From Heptranchias perlo (taxonomy: Eukaryota), in the NCBI RefSeq assembly GCF_035084215.1, contig NC_090356.1, positions 15,810,001 to 15,874,000 of the forward strand: a stretch of DNA of 64,000 bases. The letters are read 5' to 3'. The translations under genes and the position numbers were made by a program. The notes beneath the pieces were generated by a model. That model ran no database searches. It saw nothing but the letters and a program-made list of their open reading frames with translations, and was not told the origin of the DNA. Of this stretch, positions 37,641 through 51,379 are shown piece by piece; the stretch's first letter is position 1, and every line of letters starts with the position of its first letter.

Positions 37641-38172
37641 AATTGGTGCGAGGGGAGAATAGAAACAAAAAAACTACTTTTGGCCTCTTGAGTTGTTAAT
37701 GAGCTATCACTATGCATAAAGTGTATATTATTGGTATTAGTATTGGTGTTCAACCAAGTTGTAACTTTGGAAAATACAAATACTTACATTATCGTGAATA
37801 AATTCCAAAATTACTCATCTTGCAAAGAAAATTATATTGAACTTTTATTGACATAAACATAAGGCAAAATGTAAAATATTGACAGGCTCCTGACAGGAAC
37901 CATTCCTTAACCCCTTTTAAATAACCTATTAAAACTTCAGACAGGATATTCAAATATTTGTCTCAGGGCTGACCACATAATTTAGTGGGGCCCAAATTAG
38001 GCTAAAATCTGGAACAACTGTTTTCCGCTAGGTTCCATGGTCCAGTGCATTCCGTCTGTGCCTTAAATTGGAATGTACCAGATACCAAAATTGACCATGA
38101 AGTGTATTTTCCTCTGTGCCTGAAGTAAAAAAAAAAGTTTGCTAAATTGTGATTAATGGTTTATTTAAAAAA

Positions 38173-38473
38173 GGGTAGAAATACATTTTGGCCCATTTTT
38201 GAGCGTATAATGGACGGTGCACTTCCAGCGCCTGAACTGGGAGGCCGAAGGCTTGCCATAAATTGGGCCTCAAGCCTTAATGTAATAATTAGGGTGAGCT
38301 GCTGGTGCCTCCAGAGGCAGCTGACAGGGCTGCCTAAAAAAAGGGCCCGAATAATTTAGCAGTGGCCTGAACGCACGCAACAATCGGGCGCGGGCCATTG
38401 CATTGCTAAATTTATTATCGTTGCGCCCGTTTTATGACCGATAAACGGGCGCAAACGATGTTGAATTTCTCCC
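38173..38473. mobile_element. Harbinger-like MITE
   Basis: Ends GGGTAGAAAT ... AATTTCTCCC; CpG-rich subterminal hairpin 'ttgcgcccgttt...aaacgggcgcaa'. Confidence 0.5.
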
Positions 38474-41400
38474 TGAAAATCTTTACACTCCGCATAGCGT
38501 TAAATTAGAATCAAAATTACTGACAGTTATAAATGACCCACTTTTTATCTCACTCGTTCAATTCTACTATTATGCAACCTACAAAAGAAAAAGACCAAGA
38601 CAAAGGATGAAGGGAATCTGTTGTAGGATGACATGTTCTCAGACATCATTACCTCCTTCATTTTGTCTGATTACATTTCAATTTCCCTTTATGATTTTAT
38701 TCCCCCTAGCTCCTTGTTGCATTACTCATAGGAAATCCCAGTAAGGTCTATAAAATGCCATACTTATGAGAACTGATCACATATTAGCTGACAGAATGAC
38801 AGACAATTGCCGACCTAGATGCCCAAGAGAGTCAGGCAGTGTCTCAATTCATCAGAATCCTGACAACAAATCTCATTTTCATCCTTCAACATGCCCATGA
38901 CCTATTTTCAGTTACCTGACAAAATACTTTACTTACAGAAATGATTGAGCCAAGAGCACTATCATACAAGAGGAAGGGATAATTCAGTTACCTATCTGAG
39001 ACAGATAACAAAAGTAGAATACTGCCAGCCAGTTCAATTGTCCTACTTCTGCCATGGTCAAGATCATATAAAGTTATTAGTGTTAACTTTAATATAGCAT
39101 CTGACAACATTAACATTATATTAATTAACCTAACAGCAATACTCCCTACCTAACACCAGCTCCATTAGTTCCACTACCCATGGTCCAGCTTCTCCTGATA
39201 ATAACACCTCCCATTACCTGGGATAGTCCCCATGGTCCCTTTCTTAACTATGGACATTCCTTAGCTAACCATTCACCACTCTCTCTAACAATGCTAAATC
39301 CTAAATTTTCATCTCAACTACTGCCCCGTTTATGCCTGCAAATGGGGTGGTGGTGGGACCAAATTGAATGAAGGAATTTCATTCAATTTATTGCTGGTTG
39401 TTTGCCCGTTCCAATTTTGGTCGGACCTTAATTTGGATGGCCAGAGCTCTCACTAGAAAGAAGCGGGGGCCTCATTAATATATGAAATCTGGGCAGGCAC
39501 TGGTAGAGTTTTCCCTATCACTACAAACCACTGCTGCCTTTCACACCCAACACTTCCACTCTCCCCTTTAAGGTGGAACTGCAGGGTCACCATCATTGGC
39601 TGCACTGTTGGATTTCCCCCCCCCCTCCCAATCAGTGAGCTGTCTATAAGGAGAACGATTAACGGTGGCAGCATGCCACTTTAATATTGATGGGGCCTGA
39701 CTACGAGGATTGATCGGGCCTCCCGCTGACTGTATCGGGAGGATGGAGCAAACCCTCCACTATAATCTGGAAACAAAAATCACCCCCACGTAATCTGCAA
39801 TAGGATTTTTACATCAAAATAACGAAACAGCAATATTACAATACTTCTCAGTATATTCAATGCATCTGGTGAATTATTATTGTTCTGTGGAGCACTATAT
39901 CTAATTCTGTTTAACGTGCAGCATAAGAAATATCCAAGTAATCATTGTCCTGATATTATTTTGACTTTCTTGTGCGTGTACGTTTTCTTATGTGGATTAT
40001 CAATTCCTTAGAGTTAGTCCATTATGAAGGAGCAAGTTATCATGGAGGGTGGCATTAAAATAGGCAGAAAACCAGTAAAAAATGATAGGAGCATCAGCAG
40101 GTGTTTGTAGTTTTCCAACCTGTGAATGTAGAGTTTATTCTTCCGGTGCTATTTTATTCCCCATTGTTCGATAATGCCAATTAAGGACATGTTAATGGCA
40201 CCTCCTGCCAATCGATGCTGTTTACCTTGTGTGCAATAAATGCTGCAATGGTGTCCCTCACCTGAGCTGAAGTTATGGCCTGGATTTTCTGCTGCCTGCC
40301 ACTAGTGTCGCAATGTAAATCGAGCGGCTGGTGGCAGAAAATGAGCAAAAGTTCAGTCTGAACAGAATTCGACCCACTTCCCTGTGGTATTCAAGGTAAT
40401 AACTACTGAATTTCTATGCCATTGGTAGCTTTCAGGCCTCAGACCACAATTGGTCCAGTGTCATAAACCATAGAGGTTTTCGACACAAAAGGCCATTCAG
40501 CCCATTGTGCCCGTACCATCTCTTTGCCAGAGCAATCCACTACAAATGTCCGCTCTCTCCCCATAAACCAGGTGACCAGTTCACCTTTTTTACAATGCCA
40601 GTATATCAGCTTCGGCACAGACCAGTACTTGCATCCCAAAGGCAGAAGGTTTCTACCAACCTCCAGGATTCCTTAGTGTTCAGTGAAGAGTGGATTGCAT
40701 CCATTTGTACACCATCCAGCTATGCCACGGTGCATGTAAATTGAAAAGACTTTCCCTTCTTCAATCTACAAATGTTGTGATCCCTCTAGACCAGATTTAT
40801 GATTATCCACTTTAATGACTGGTACTCCCAGGGAAGCAATGATTCATACATCCTGTGCCAATCCAAAGTTATCAAGCACTCCCAGGTCAAATATGACTGG
40901 ATAAGTGCAGAATAAAGCTTCCTCTGACCTGTTCCAACAGTCTGCCTCAACCTCAACTTCAGTAGAGCACCTTCTACTGCATCATTATAGCATATTTCTA
41001 TTTTACTCACTAGTTGCCATGTGGTCTCCCTGTGATTGTCAATTTAGTACAATTAGTGCTGAATTAAGGTCAGTTTTGTGCTGTAGGCCCACGCCCATGA
41101 GTAATTGGCTTGCGATTGCCAAACTCATTTTACGTAGAACCTTTATAGCCAGCAGATATACTTGTCTCTAGACAAGCAAGTATATACTGCCAATCTAGAT
41201 ACACAAAAGTTTCTAAATCAGTTGCTTTGCTTTAATCCTCATGCACTGAACCTTAATACCAGAGATCTCCCTATCATTAAATGCCTGCTTATCAGTTCCT
41301 GACTGAATCAATACACGACAGTGCAAAAGATCTCACTGTCAGGGATGAAGAAAAAATAATATTGCTTATTTTGTCCCTGGAATCATGTGTGACATTGGAT

Positions 41401-42044
41401 GACACACAAAACAAAGATCTTATATGAATTCCATAGGCCAGACCTCATCTCTTATGCCTTGAGGAGGAAGAAAAACTCATATTTAGGAAAAATGTTAATT
41501 AAAAATATACTAAGCTAATTAAAGCAGGTGGTTTTTTTTCAGACCATGGGCATAATTTTAAAAGAAATCTGCGTTGGGGGCAGGGGGGCAAAGATAATCT
41601 TTTTTTTGGAACGGGCAGGAATCCTGGCTCCAACTTGCCGAAGAATGCACACGACCCAGAGTCATCTGGGTGCGCACACCGTTCCCGAACCCAGAAGTCC
41701 AGTTGGCAATTAAAGCCAGTGGGACAGTATTTAAAGCACTAAATCACCTAGTTGAAGAATAAATGTAATTTACAATGAAGGCAAGTGATTTCAACGCTGC
41801 CTCAGCGTGTTTCCCGTGTTGTGTGAAACACGCCATGGTGAAGGAGTCGTGTTTCAGCCGGCAGCCATTTGGACATTTAAATGCCTGTTTGACAGATGGG
41901 GATAAAAGGTGAGTTATTGCAGCAAGGCACTCAGTTCTCTCAGACAAACTTTTGGCTGGGAGATCTTTGTGTTTAGACTGAAAATTCTTGGTTTCCACTC
42001 AGAATTGTTCTGTTTACACATATTTACCAACTTTTTGGACCCCT

Positions 42045-42772
42045 TCAAACACTCCATCCAAGGACGAGCAACATCACCAGCCTCGCCAGGCACGGCATGC
42101 ATTTCCGCTACTTGCAGCTCCACAACACAGTGCTGTGCCACAGGCACCTGCACAAGAGCACAGAGGGCAACAACAGAGAGAGCGACATCGCAGGTGGCAC
42201 TACCCTCGCCAGAGGGTCTACAGACCAAGGCTTAGCTTTCTGGAACTCTCTGAGGGGCAGTGCACGGCTGCTCAGAGTGAGTCACCAGGTGGTCACAGAC
42301 ATCTGCAGCCTCCTTCATGCCAGACTGCTCCCGGCTGGGCCTGGTGGCATCTCATTACTCGTTGCAATTAAAGAGACCACTGCCCTAAACTTCTTCGCCT
42401 CCAGATCATTCCAGGGTGCCACCGGGGACATCGCCGGGGTCTCTCAGTCAACTGCACACAAGTGCATAAGGCAGGTCACTGACGGCTTGTTTCACAGGGC
42501 CTCGCAATACGTCAACTTCCCCATGGACAACCTCAGCCAGACGGAGAGGGCAGTGGGATTCCACTCTGTGGCGGCTTCTCACGTGTACAGGGTGCAATTG
42601 ATTGCATGCATGTAGCAATCCGAGCACCTCCACATGACAAGACTGTTCATCAACAGAAAGGGGTATCACTCCATCAACACTCAGCTCGTTTGTGACCACC
42701 ACAAAAGATTTCTTCACGTGTGCGCCAGATTCCCTGGCAGCTGCCACGATTCGTTCATTCTGAGGGAATCCA
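42045..42772 (+). pseudogene. Harbinger (HARBI1-like) DDE transposase, frameshifted and 3'-truncated
   Basis: 'TALNFFASRSFQGATGDIAGVSQSTAHKCIRQVTDGL', 'VQGAIDCMHVAI', 'VCARFPGSCHDSFILRES'. Confidence 0.9.
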
Positions 42773-42931
42773 GGCACTGTGGTCATTGAAGGGCTTGTAA
42801 GAGAACAGAAGGCAATATTAAGCATCATCAAAGGTGTATCATGTTGCGATGAGCATACTGAGGTGTTCAACACGCCAAGCATTGTTACCATCAATTCATG
42901 TTGTGTGTGATGAATGTTAAAGTTGTGTCAC

Positions 42932-43664
42932 CAGACATTTGTGGGGTGCCAGTCTTGGAGTCCCTGACAGACAGGCACTCGAGGGTGCGGCTGATCTCCA
43001 GCGCCTCCTGCTCTCCGTGTGTGAGGACCACTATTTGTTGTGGCCCCACTCCAGTCCTCGCTCTCTTACGCGCATTTTGGGCTCTCTTCTGGAGGGGGAG
43101 AAAGTGCAGATGTGTGAGTGAGTGAAGGTGAAGTGGCCAACCGATGAATGCATTGCTTTGGGTGAGGCTGACCGTGAAAGGGGTGCATCAGAGGGTGAGT
43201 ATGAGACAGAGACATCACATTGGATGAGGATTGGGGTGAGTGGTAGTGGCGGGGTGACTACTGGGGAGGTGAGGAAGTGCTGAGGGTGTGCAGGTAAGTT
43301 GAGGATGAGCCTTAAGTGGGTGTGAGAAGTGATGTGATGGAGTAGTCTTGGCAGTGCAGAATGATATGGGGGGTGGGGGATGATGTGCACCATGGAATGC
43401 AGGAGAATGAGTGAGTGTACTCACTTTTGCTGACCTACTTAGGTCATTGAAATGCTTCCTGCACTGGACCGAGGTGTGGGAGATGTTGGTACTGCTGGTG
43501 ACCTCCTCTGCCATCTCGAGCCAGGCCTTCTTGGTGGCAGAGGCAGGGCGCTTCCTCCTGTTGGCCGCGTAAAATAGTTCCCTCCCCCTCCTCACCCCGG
43601 CCAGTAGCAGCTGAAGTGAGGCATCACTGAATCGTAGAGCTGCCTTGCCCCTGTGCTGCTCCAT
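42932..43664 (-). pseudogene. Harbinger Myb/SANT-like DNA-binding gene; exons 43664-43425 and 43088-42932
   Basis: MEQHRGKAALRFSDASLQLLL...KKAWLEMAEEV...QCRKHFNDL, GT-AG intron, then KRAQNARKRARTGVGP; remainder deleted. Confidence 0.85.
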
Positions 43665-44904
43665 TGAATCTTCTTGCTCTTTGCTCCAGCAAAATCCATT
43701 GGGGCAATGTCCCTTTAAATCCAGGCGCTGCAGCTGACAGCCTGTCATGCAGGTGCACCGTCCACCCACTGCGAGGCTTTCGGGCGGCAAGCCCGGAAAC
43801 AAGATTAATGGCCACCAATTAAGTCGCGATCACGTGGGGAACGGTAAGTTTATATTGGTTGGTTTGCCGCGCGCTCATTGCCCTCCCCCCACTGGCTGCC
43901 ATTCCGCCGTCCTTTTAAAATCGAGCCCCGTGTCATTATCATGTTCTTAAATCTGGATACATTTGTAAATAGAGTAACAGTAAATGTTCACTTTGGAGGT
44001 CATGTTTGAATAGGAATTTTCCTATGATGGAAAGATTTAATTGGCGTACAGTGAACTGTGTTAGTTACTGAAGTGTGCAGAAGGTACATTACACGATTGC
44101 AGTAGAGTGAAGATGCTGGCTCAAGAGTTTTCTGGTGTTAATAGTTGGCAACCAGTCAGAATGACATGAAGATGAATGCTTTGGTGCATTCCTAATTGGA
44201 AGAGAGAGAATCCCTGTTGTAAAAGGGAGTCAAGTGAAGTTTGGCAGTTCAGACGAGTTCTAATGAAGGCGAAGTGGGCTTTGAGGGCAAGCAAGGAGAA
44301 ATGACTGACATTTTGTTACCACCATTAGTGGAATGGGCTGATATTTAAAGGGAAAGTAAACCTTTTATCCTTCTGCCATGTGTATATTTCAAAGCTATCA
44401 CAAGTTAGATCTATATGACACTATTTTCAACATTTCCATTCATCTCAAATACTTCTCCAGGGTTTCTTAAAAATTTCAGCCTTAATGCCACAATAATTCA
44501 CCTCCATATAGAGATGGTGGGGTTTTTACTGTTACTTCCATTCCCTTGAATTAAAAGTCTGCCCATTGGTTTAAGCTCTTATTAGATGCCAAAAAATAGA
44601 AAAATCCTGGAAATGCAAAAACCAATCAATCTATTCTGTGGGGTAATCTTCTAATAACTAGTCTTGCTTGAGGTTATTTAATTTTGTACTGATATTGTGT
44701 AGTTCTGTAAACACAGCCTAAGTTAAATAGTGTGCTTCTATCTACATTACTCTTAATTTCAGCCTTTGTAGGACCTGGTTCATATCCCTTCTCAATCTTC
44801 ACTTGTATCTCTCTTTGTACTTGCAGCAATGGTGATGTTCTCCAGATAACAAGTTCAGATACTGTTCCCCTGAGCATATGCAGAATCGACATAGCAAGTT
44901 TCAT

Positions 44905-45870
44905 TCACAACAACAACCTGCATTTATATAGCACCTTCAATGTAGAAAAATGTCCCAAGGTGCTTCACAGAAACATAATTAAAAATCTGCACTGAGCCAA
45001 AGAAGGAGATGTTAAGAGGAGTGACCAACAGTTTAGTCAAAGAGGTGATTTTTAAGGAGAGTCTTAAAGAAGGAGAGGGAGGTGCAGAAGCTGAGAGATT
45101 TAGGAAAGGAATTCCATCGCACAGGACCAACACAGCTGAAGGCACGCCCACCATTGGTGAAGTGAAGGAAGTGGAGGATTCACAAGGGGCCAGAGCTGTA
45201 GGAATGCAGAGTTCCTGGGGGGTTATAGGCCTGGAGGAAGTTACAGAGATAGGGAGGGGTGAAGCCACAAAGCGATTTAATGTTTTCTTTGGCACAGAGG
45301 AGGCTGAGGGGAGATTTAATTAAGGTGTACAAAATTATGAGGGGCCTAGATAGAGCAGATAGGAAGGACCTATTTCCCTTAGCAGAGAAGTCAATAACCA
45401 GGGGGCTTAGATTTGAAGTGATTGGTAGAAGGATTAGAGGGGAGCTGAGGAAAAGATTTTTCACCCAGAGCGTGGTGAGGGTCTGGAACTCACTGTCCGA
45501 AAGGGTGGTCGAGGCAGAAACCCTCAACTCATTTAAAGAGTACCTGAATTGCCGTAGCCTACAGGGCAACGGACCAAGTGCTGGAAAGTGGGATCAGAAC
45601 GGGGTGGCTCGTTTTTGGCCAGCGCGGACACGATAGGCTGAATGGCCTCCTTCTGTGCTGTAAATTTTCTCTGATTCTATGATTTAAACATGAGAATGAA
45701 AATTTTAAATTTAAGGTGTTGCTGGACCGGGTGCTAGTGTGGGTCAGTGAGAATAGGAGTGATGCGTGAGCAGGACTTGGTGCAGGATAGGATACGGGCA
45801 GCAGAGTTTTGGATAAACTGAAGTTTACAGAGCAAGGAGGATGGAATACCAGCCAGGAATGGTTGGGTGA
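44905..45870 (-). mobile_element. L2 3' fragment interrupted by a CR1 3' fragment (45279-45682, +)
   Basis: L2 sequence breaks at 'gcgatttaa' and resumes at 'gatttaaacatgagaatg'; inner ORF 'LAQRRLRGDLIKVYKIMRGLDR'. Confidence 0.8.
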
Positions 45871-48694
45871 GCGGAACGGGAAGGAGCTTGCTGTGATTAG
45901 CCCCCAGTGGGCACGCTGGGTGGGAAGGTCAGCAAGAGAGGAGGGTGGGGCAGTTGGGGTTGCTGCTCGTAAGAAGGCAGCTATGGGTCCTTCAGAAAAT
46001 GGCAGGAGAGGCACAGAGTGGGTTATTGTGCCGTAAAGTACATTGGTGATTTGTAAATTCAAATTTTGTTCAAATGCAAGAAAATATCAGGGAATCACAT
46101 TAATGTGTCACAAGGAATGTTGTAACTATAGTGACACAAAATCATCTCACATTATAAATGCACAGCTAACCTATACCATTCTACAGATTTAAAAACTATG
46201 ATAATTCAGTCTCAAGGATCTTTGCATTAGTACCCTTAATGGAAGTAGATTTACAATAAAATTCCATTAAAAACAGTGCCTTGATGGTGCTATGTCACTG
46301 AGAAAGTTAGATGACTATCTAGTTCCTAAAGTTTAGTGATCAGTCTTCTCTGTGGAACTGCCAATTGTAACAGCAAGAAATGAACTGTAATTATAATGAG
46401 GCGATATTTCAAAAGAAGCTCTTTATTGAAAGACGGATTCTGCAAACTTTTTAACAACCATCTTATGTACTCATTTTGGCCAGTTGAATTGCTTCTTGTA
46501 GATAAAGTTCAATGGGCTTTTACATGAACTAAAATGTGTGACAACTCACCCAGCTCAGAATGATGACAAAAAAGTGGAACAATTGCCCAGGATGTCGACT
46601 CCTCGGGGCCAATTTAGGGAAGGGGTACTCGGGCAGCTCACCCTCACAATGTAGGGGCGTGCCCAGCTGAATCGGACAAGTAGACCTTATTGCCCAATTA
46701 ATGGGGCAACGAATTCAGTGAACCGCAAAGTTTTCACATATTTGGCGGCTCCATTTTACCTTTTAATTGTAGTTGATCATATGTAAATTGGTCTCACACT
46801 GAAATCAGTGACCTTTTCCACCTGCCTACTCTGTCAATACTGCTTGCCCATTTAAAAGAGGTGCTGTATTGCCGGATGTGCACCCCCACCTCAATGCTGT
46901 TAAGCTCATGACCCCCTCTCCTCACTGCTGACAGACACCAGAAATCTACCAATGAGCCAAACCCCATTTTCTGCTACCCAGTTCTGGCAAACCCCAGGTG
47001 ACCCTCTATAAAGGTGTCAGTGCATTTCATTCAAGTCTTCCACCTGCAGGTATCACAACTGGTCATTGAGTGCACAGGGTGATGCCCTTTACTTTGTGAA
47101 TGCACCATTAGGGTAAATATAGGTTTACTGTCTGACATGTACAAAATATACATTAACGGCAGCTTGCAGCCATAACACTTGCCTTTACTGACCTTTTGGG
47201 GTCATTAAACCTCACCCTGCATTGTTGAGGGTTTTAAGGAGTTGCTACTCATTACCTGTCCCACTTCTTTCCATATGCTCCTGGCAGCTTTATCGGCAGA
47301 TCTCTTGCCACCCACTTCCACTATTCCACTGCAGCACCCCCCCCCAACCAATGCCCAATTTCAGCCACGATCATATTTATATCATTCTCCAAGAAGTTTC
47401 ATGCTCTCTTCTTCCCAGTTCCTTTTTAAACCAAGGATTGAAATTGTTGCATGTTGTTACTGCTTTAAGAGCAGTCTGGCTTTAAGAGTAGCACCTGTAG
47501 TAGGGCTTCCTTTCCCTTCTCTTCCCCACCCCCAACTGCCTGGCTTATGCAGGTAATTGCCGTTGGAACATGCACTTTTATCCCACCCAGCAATACTGAA
47601 TTAAACAGGCCCCAGAGTTCAGTGCTATATATCCTCAGCTTTAAAAATGGTGATATATGTATCAGATATAAATGCCACTCATTTACAGTCTTCCTAGAAT
47701 AATTGACAGAGTCATGCAAATCAGTTCCCCAACGCACCTCTACATGAAACACAATTTGTCTAATTCAACCCTGGTGTTAACCCTTGCATGACATGAACGT
47801 ACCTATTGTTATTGAAGAACTCAACTTCCAATTCTCCATGAGCGATTCCATAGGAGATCTGCCAGCACATAAAAAAGAAGATATTTATTTATTCAAATAC
47901 ACAAAGTGGCAACTTTTAATGCTAAGCATCTTAAGGCACTCTCACAACATAATATAATTTTAATTGTTCATATGAAATATTGAATGCATCCATTAAGCAG
48001 GATACCTTCTTTATTGTGACTCAAATTCCCAAGCACTGTAGCACTAAGGGAGGGGATTACACAGGTCCAAATTGATCTGAATTAGTTTGGCTTGATATCT
48101 GTGCACTTCATGAGAATATTGATTGGGTGAGATGAACAGTTCCTTACTGTCAACCAGTTTTGTTTTAGTGTTCAGTGTTTTGAACTATTTCTCCTTGATA
48201 CGCAAAATCTCTTCTGCTCAAATTGCTCACAGTTCTTCAAACAGTTACAATTTTTGACATTTTCTGAGACATACTTCCAGACGCTCACAGCCTCTCCGCA
48301 TAAAAAAAACTGCCAATAGCACCAGCATCTGTCTGCCACATTGAATATTAATTTTAGAGCTACACAATTCATGTTCTGAACCAAAGATCAATGAAATGGA
48401 TCAAAAGATATGAGGACCCATAGGGATGACAGTCGAGAACATTGGCAGATAAGTGTGTGGAGGTGTATTATACTTTAAGATGAGTATTTTAGAAAAAGTG
48501 TTCGGTTTATTTTAAAGAAATGCAAATATTCACGATTAAAAATTTTCACCATCACAGTTCAGCATCTCAACCACCAGGAAAGAGCCTCTTGATCATCAGA
48601 AACAAATGAACTGGTCCCCAAACCAAATGTACTGATTAGAACCTTCAAAGCTATTGCTCACAAGCCATCCAGAACAACCAGTTACAGCTGAACT

Positions 48695-49188
48695 AACCCA
48701 TATCCTAACTTGCACCAAGTCCTGTTCACCCATCACATCTGTGCTCGCTGATCTACATTGGGTCACAGTCCGGCAAAGCCTCGATTTTGAAATTCTCATC
48801 CTTGTTTTCAAATCCCTCCATGGCCTCGCCCCTCTCTATCTCTGTAACCTCCTCCAGCCCTACAACTCTCTGAGATCTCTGCGCTCCTCCAATTCTGGCC
48901 TCTTGCGCATCCCCGATTTTCATCGCTCCACCATTGGCGGCCGTGCCTTCAGCTGCCTAGGCCCAAAGCACAGGAATTCTCTCCCTAAACATCTCCGCCT
49001 CTCTACCTCTCTTTCCTTCTTTCAGTAGCTCCTTAAAAGTTACCCCTATGACCAAGCTTTTGGTCACTTGTCCTAATATCTCCTTATGTGCCACGGTGTC
49101 AAATTTTGTTCGCTAACGCTCCTGTGAAGTGCCTTTGGCGATTTTACTACATTAAAGGCACTATATGAATGCAAGTTGATGTTGTTGC
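48695..49188 (+). mobile_element. L2 3' fragment
   Basis: 'ITSVLADLHWVTVRQSLDFEILILVFKSLHGLAPLYL...GGRAFSCLGP'. Confidence 0.85.
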
Positions 49189-50827
49189 TGAGGTTTTTCA
49201 TCAGGTAGGAGGTACTGACTAGGAGCACAGTAATACTTAGCACAAGATCACAACTCTCCCTCTTCATTACATTCCCAGAAGAAAAGTTTGAGAGCACATC
49301 AGGAACAGTCAATGTTCAAACACCAGGCAAGACCACAGGAAAAGTTCACAAATTACACAAAGCAGCCATGTATATTAGTTATGCAAAACATAACCCCAAA
49401 ATTAATCTGAATTAAAACACTGTCTTTGTCTTTGATCCCTATCTTCTGACCAACAATAGACAACAGCAATTTTAGGTATCAGGAATGGTTGCTGGTATAA
49501 CAGAAGGAGAACGATAAGCTATGCTATAGCTAAGTTTCTCTTAATGACAATGATCTCGTATCCCCGTTAACATCTAGTGAATCTATGTTGCACTTTTACC
49601 TATTTTCCTATATTCGTGTGCTCAAAACTGCACAGCACACCAATTATGACTTAACTAAGTCAACTTGTACAAATTCAACATTACCTCCTTGTATTTGTTT
49701 CTATTTTCGAAATACAAAATCAAGGATTCCATGTCCCTTCTAATGGCCATATCTACTTGTACTGCCACCTTTATTGGCCTGAGTATGCACACACAACGAT
49801 CCCTCTGTTCCATTTAAAATCTTAGCATTTAAGGAGCATCTGCCATCTTTCTGCCTATTTATGCCCTGCTGCAGTCTTTCATAATCTTTGTTACAATATG
49901 CCATGCCTTCCCAATTTGATGTCATCGGCAAATGTCGTTATTGTTCCTCGATTACTAAGTACAGGTAATTTAAATATATAGAAAATAAGAGTGGCCTCAA
50001 CACAGATCCGCGTGGAACACCAATCATCACATCTTTAGACCACATCTTCAGTCTAAGAAACTTCCTATTACCTCAACTTTTTTGCTTTCTGTCCTTCAAC
50101 CAACTTTTTCTATCCTTGTGGTCACATTCCCTTCATTCCAAGTGCCATTATCTTTGCTATAAGTCACTCATGTAGTGACTTATCAAATGTTTTTTGAAAA
50201 TCCATATGAACCACATCCACTGCATTTCTTCTATCTCTCCTTTATTACTTATTAAAAGAAGACAATAAGGTTGGCCAAGCATGATCTGTCATTTAGAAAT
50301 CCATGCCTGCTGGCCCAGAGTAATTCAGGAGGTTGATTTTCATCTTCACTGCCTGGGTGGTAACGTGACGCAGCAGATCGCTCGCCCTTTATGGAACCCG
50401 TCCAATTTTCATTCCATTGATTGAAGATGAAAGTTTCCCCCCATGTTTCTCCAAACGCTTACAATTTCATCCAGTTTTATAGATATTTTACTAACAACTG
50501 AAGTAATTCAAACCGGCTGATAATTTCACGGCTTACCTCCGCTTGATTTTTTTGGTGTTCCATTTGCCTCTTCCCAATCATCTGGTGAAATTTTCCTCTC
50601 CAAAGGAATTTGACCCATTATAGTCAGAGCCTCTGCTATTTCTTCCCTAACTTCCCTTAGAATCCTTGCATGCAAACCATAAGGAACCTGTGATTTGTCT
50701 AATATAAATTTCATTAACTTCTTTAGTAACAAGCTAACTGTTCTACATCCAATTGTGGTGATTCTACACTTTCAATATCCACCTTTTCTGTCACAACTGA
50801 GGCAAAGTACTTGCCTCATTCACCTAT

Positions 50828-51237
50828 GGGTCAGGGATGTCTCGGAGCGGCTGCAGGACATTCTGGAGGGGGAGGGTGAACAGCCAGTTGTCGTGGTGCA
50901 TATAGGTACCAACGATATAGGTAAAAAACGGGATGAGGTCCTACAAGCTGAATTTAGGGAGTTAGCAGTTAAACTAAAAAGTAGGACCTCAAAGGTAGTA
51001 ATCTCAGGATTGCTACCAGTGCCACGGGCTAGTCAGAGTAGGAATGACAGGATAGCTAGGATGAATACGTGGCTTGAGAGATGGTGCAAGAGGGAGGGAT
51101 TCAAATTCCTGGGCCATTGGAACTGGTTCTGGGGGAGGTGGGACCAGTACAAATTGGACGGTCTGCATCTGGGCAGGACTGGAACCAATGTCCGAGGGGG
51201 AGTGTTTGCTAGTGCTGTTGGGGAGGGTTTAAACTAA
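50828..51237 (+). pseudogene. CR1 ORF1 C-terminus, SGNH esterase-like domain
   Basis: 'VVVHIGTNDIG' and 'DGLHL' motifs. Confidence 0.85.
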
Positions 51238-51379
51238 TGTGGCAGGGGGATGGGAACCGATGCAGGAAGTCAGTGGGAATTAAAGTGGTGACAGAAACAA
51301 AAGGCAGTAAGGGAGAGTGTACAAAACATGACCGGACAGATGGTCTGAGAAAGCAGGGCAAAGACCAAAGGAAGTCTAG

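Larger units (their letters stand above)
41548..43929 (+). mobile_element. PIF/Harbinger DNA transposon, internally deleted
   Basis: Imperfect TIRs GGGCATAATTTTAAAAG / CTTTTAAAATCGAGCCCC; convergent transposase and Myb/SANT genes. Confidence 0.9.

Noticed and set aside
48274-48330. Minus-strand exon candidate with GTATGT donor
   Set aside because: Weak acceptor and two equally plausible frames; not supportable.
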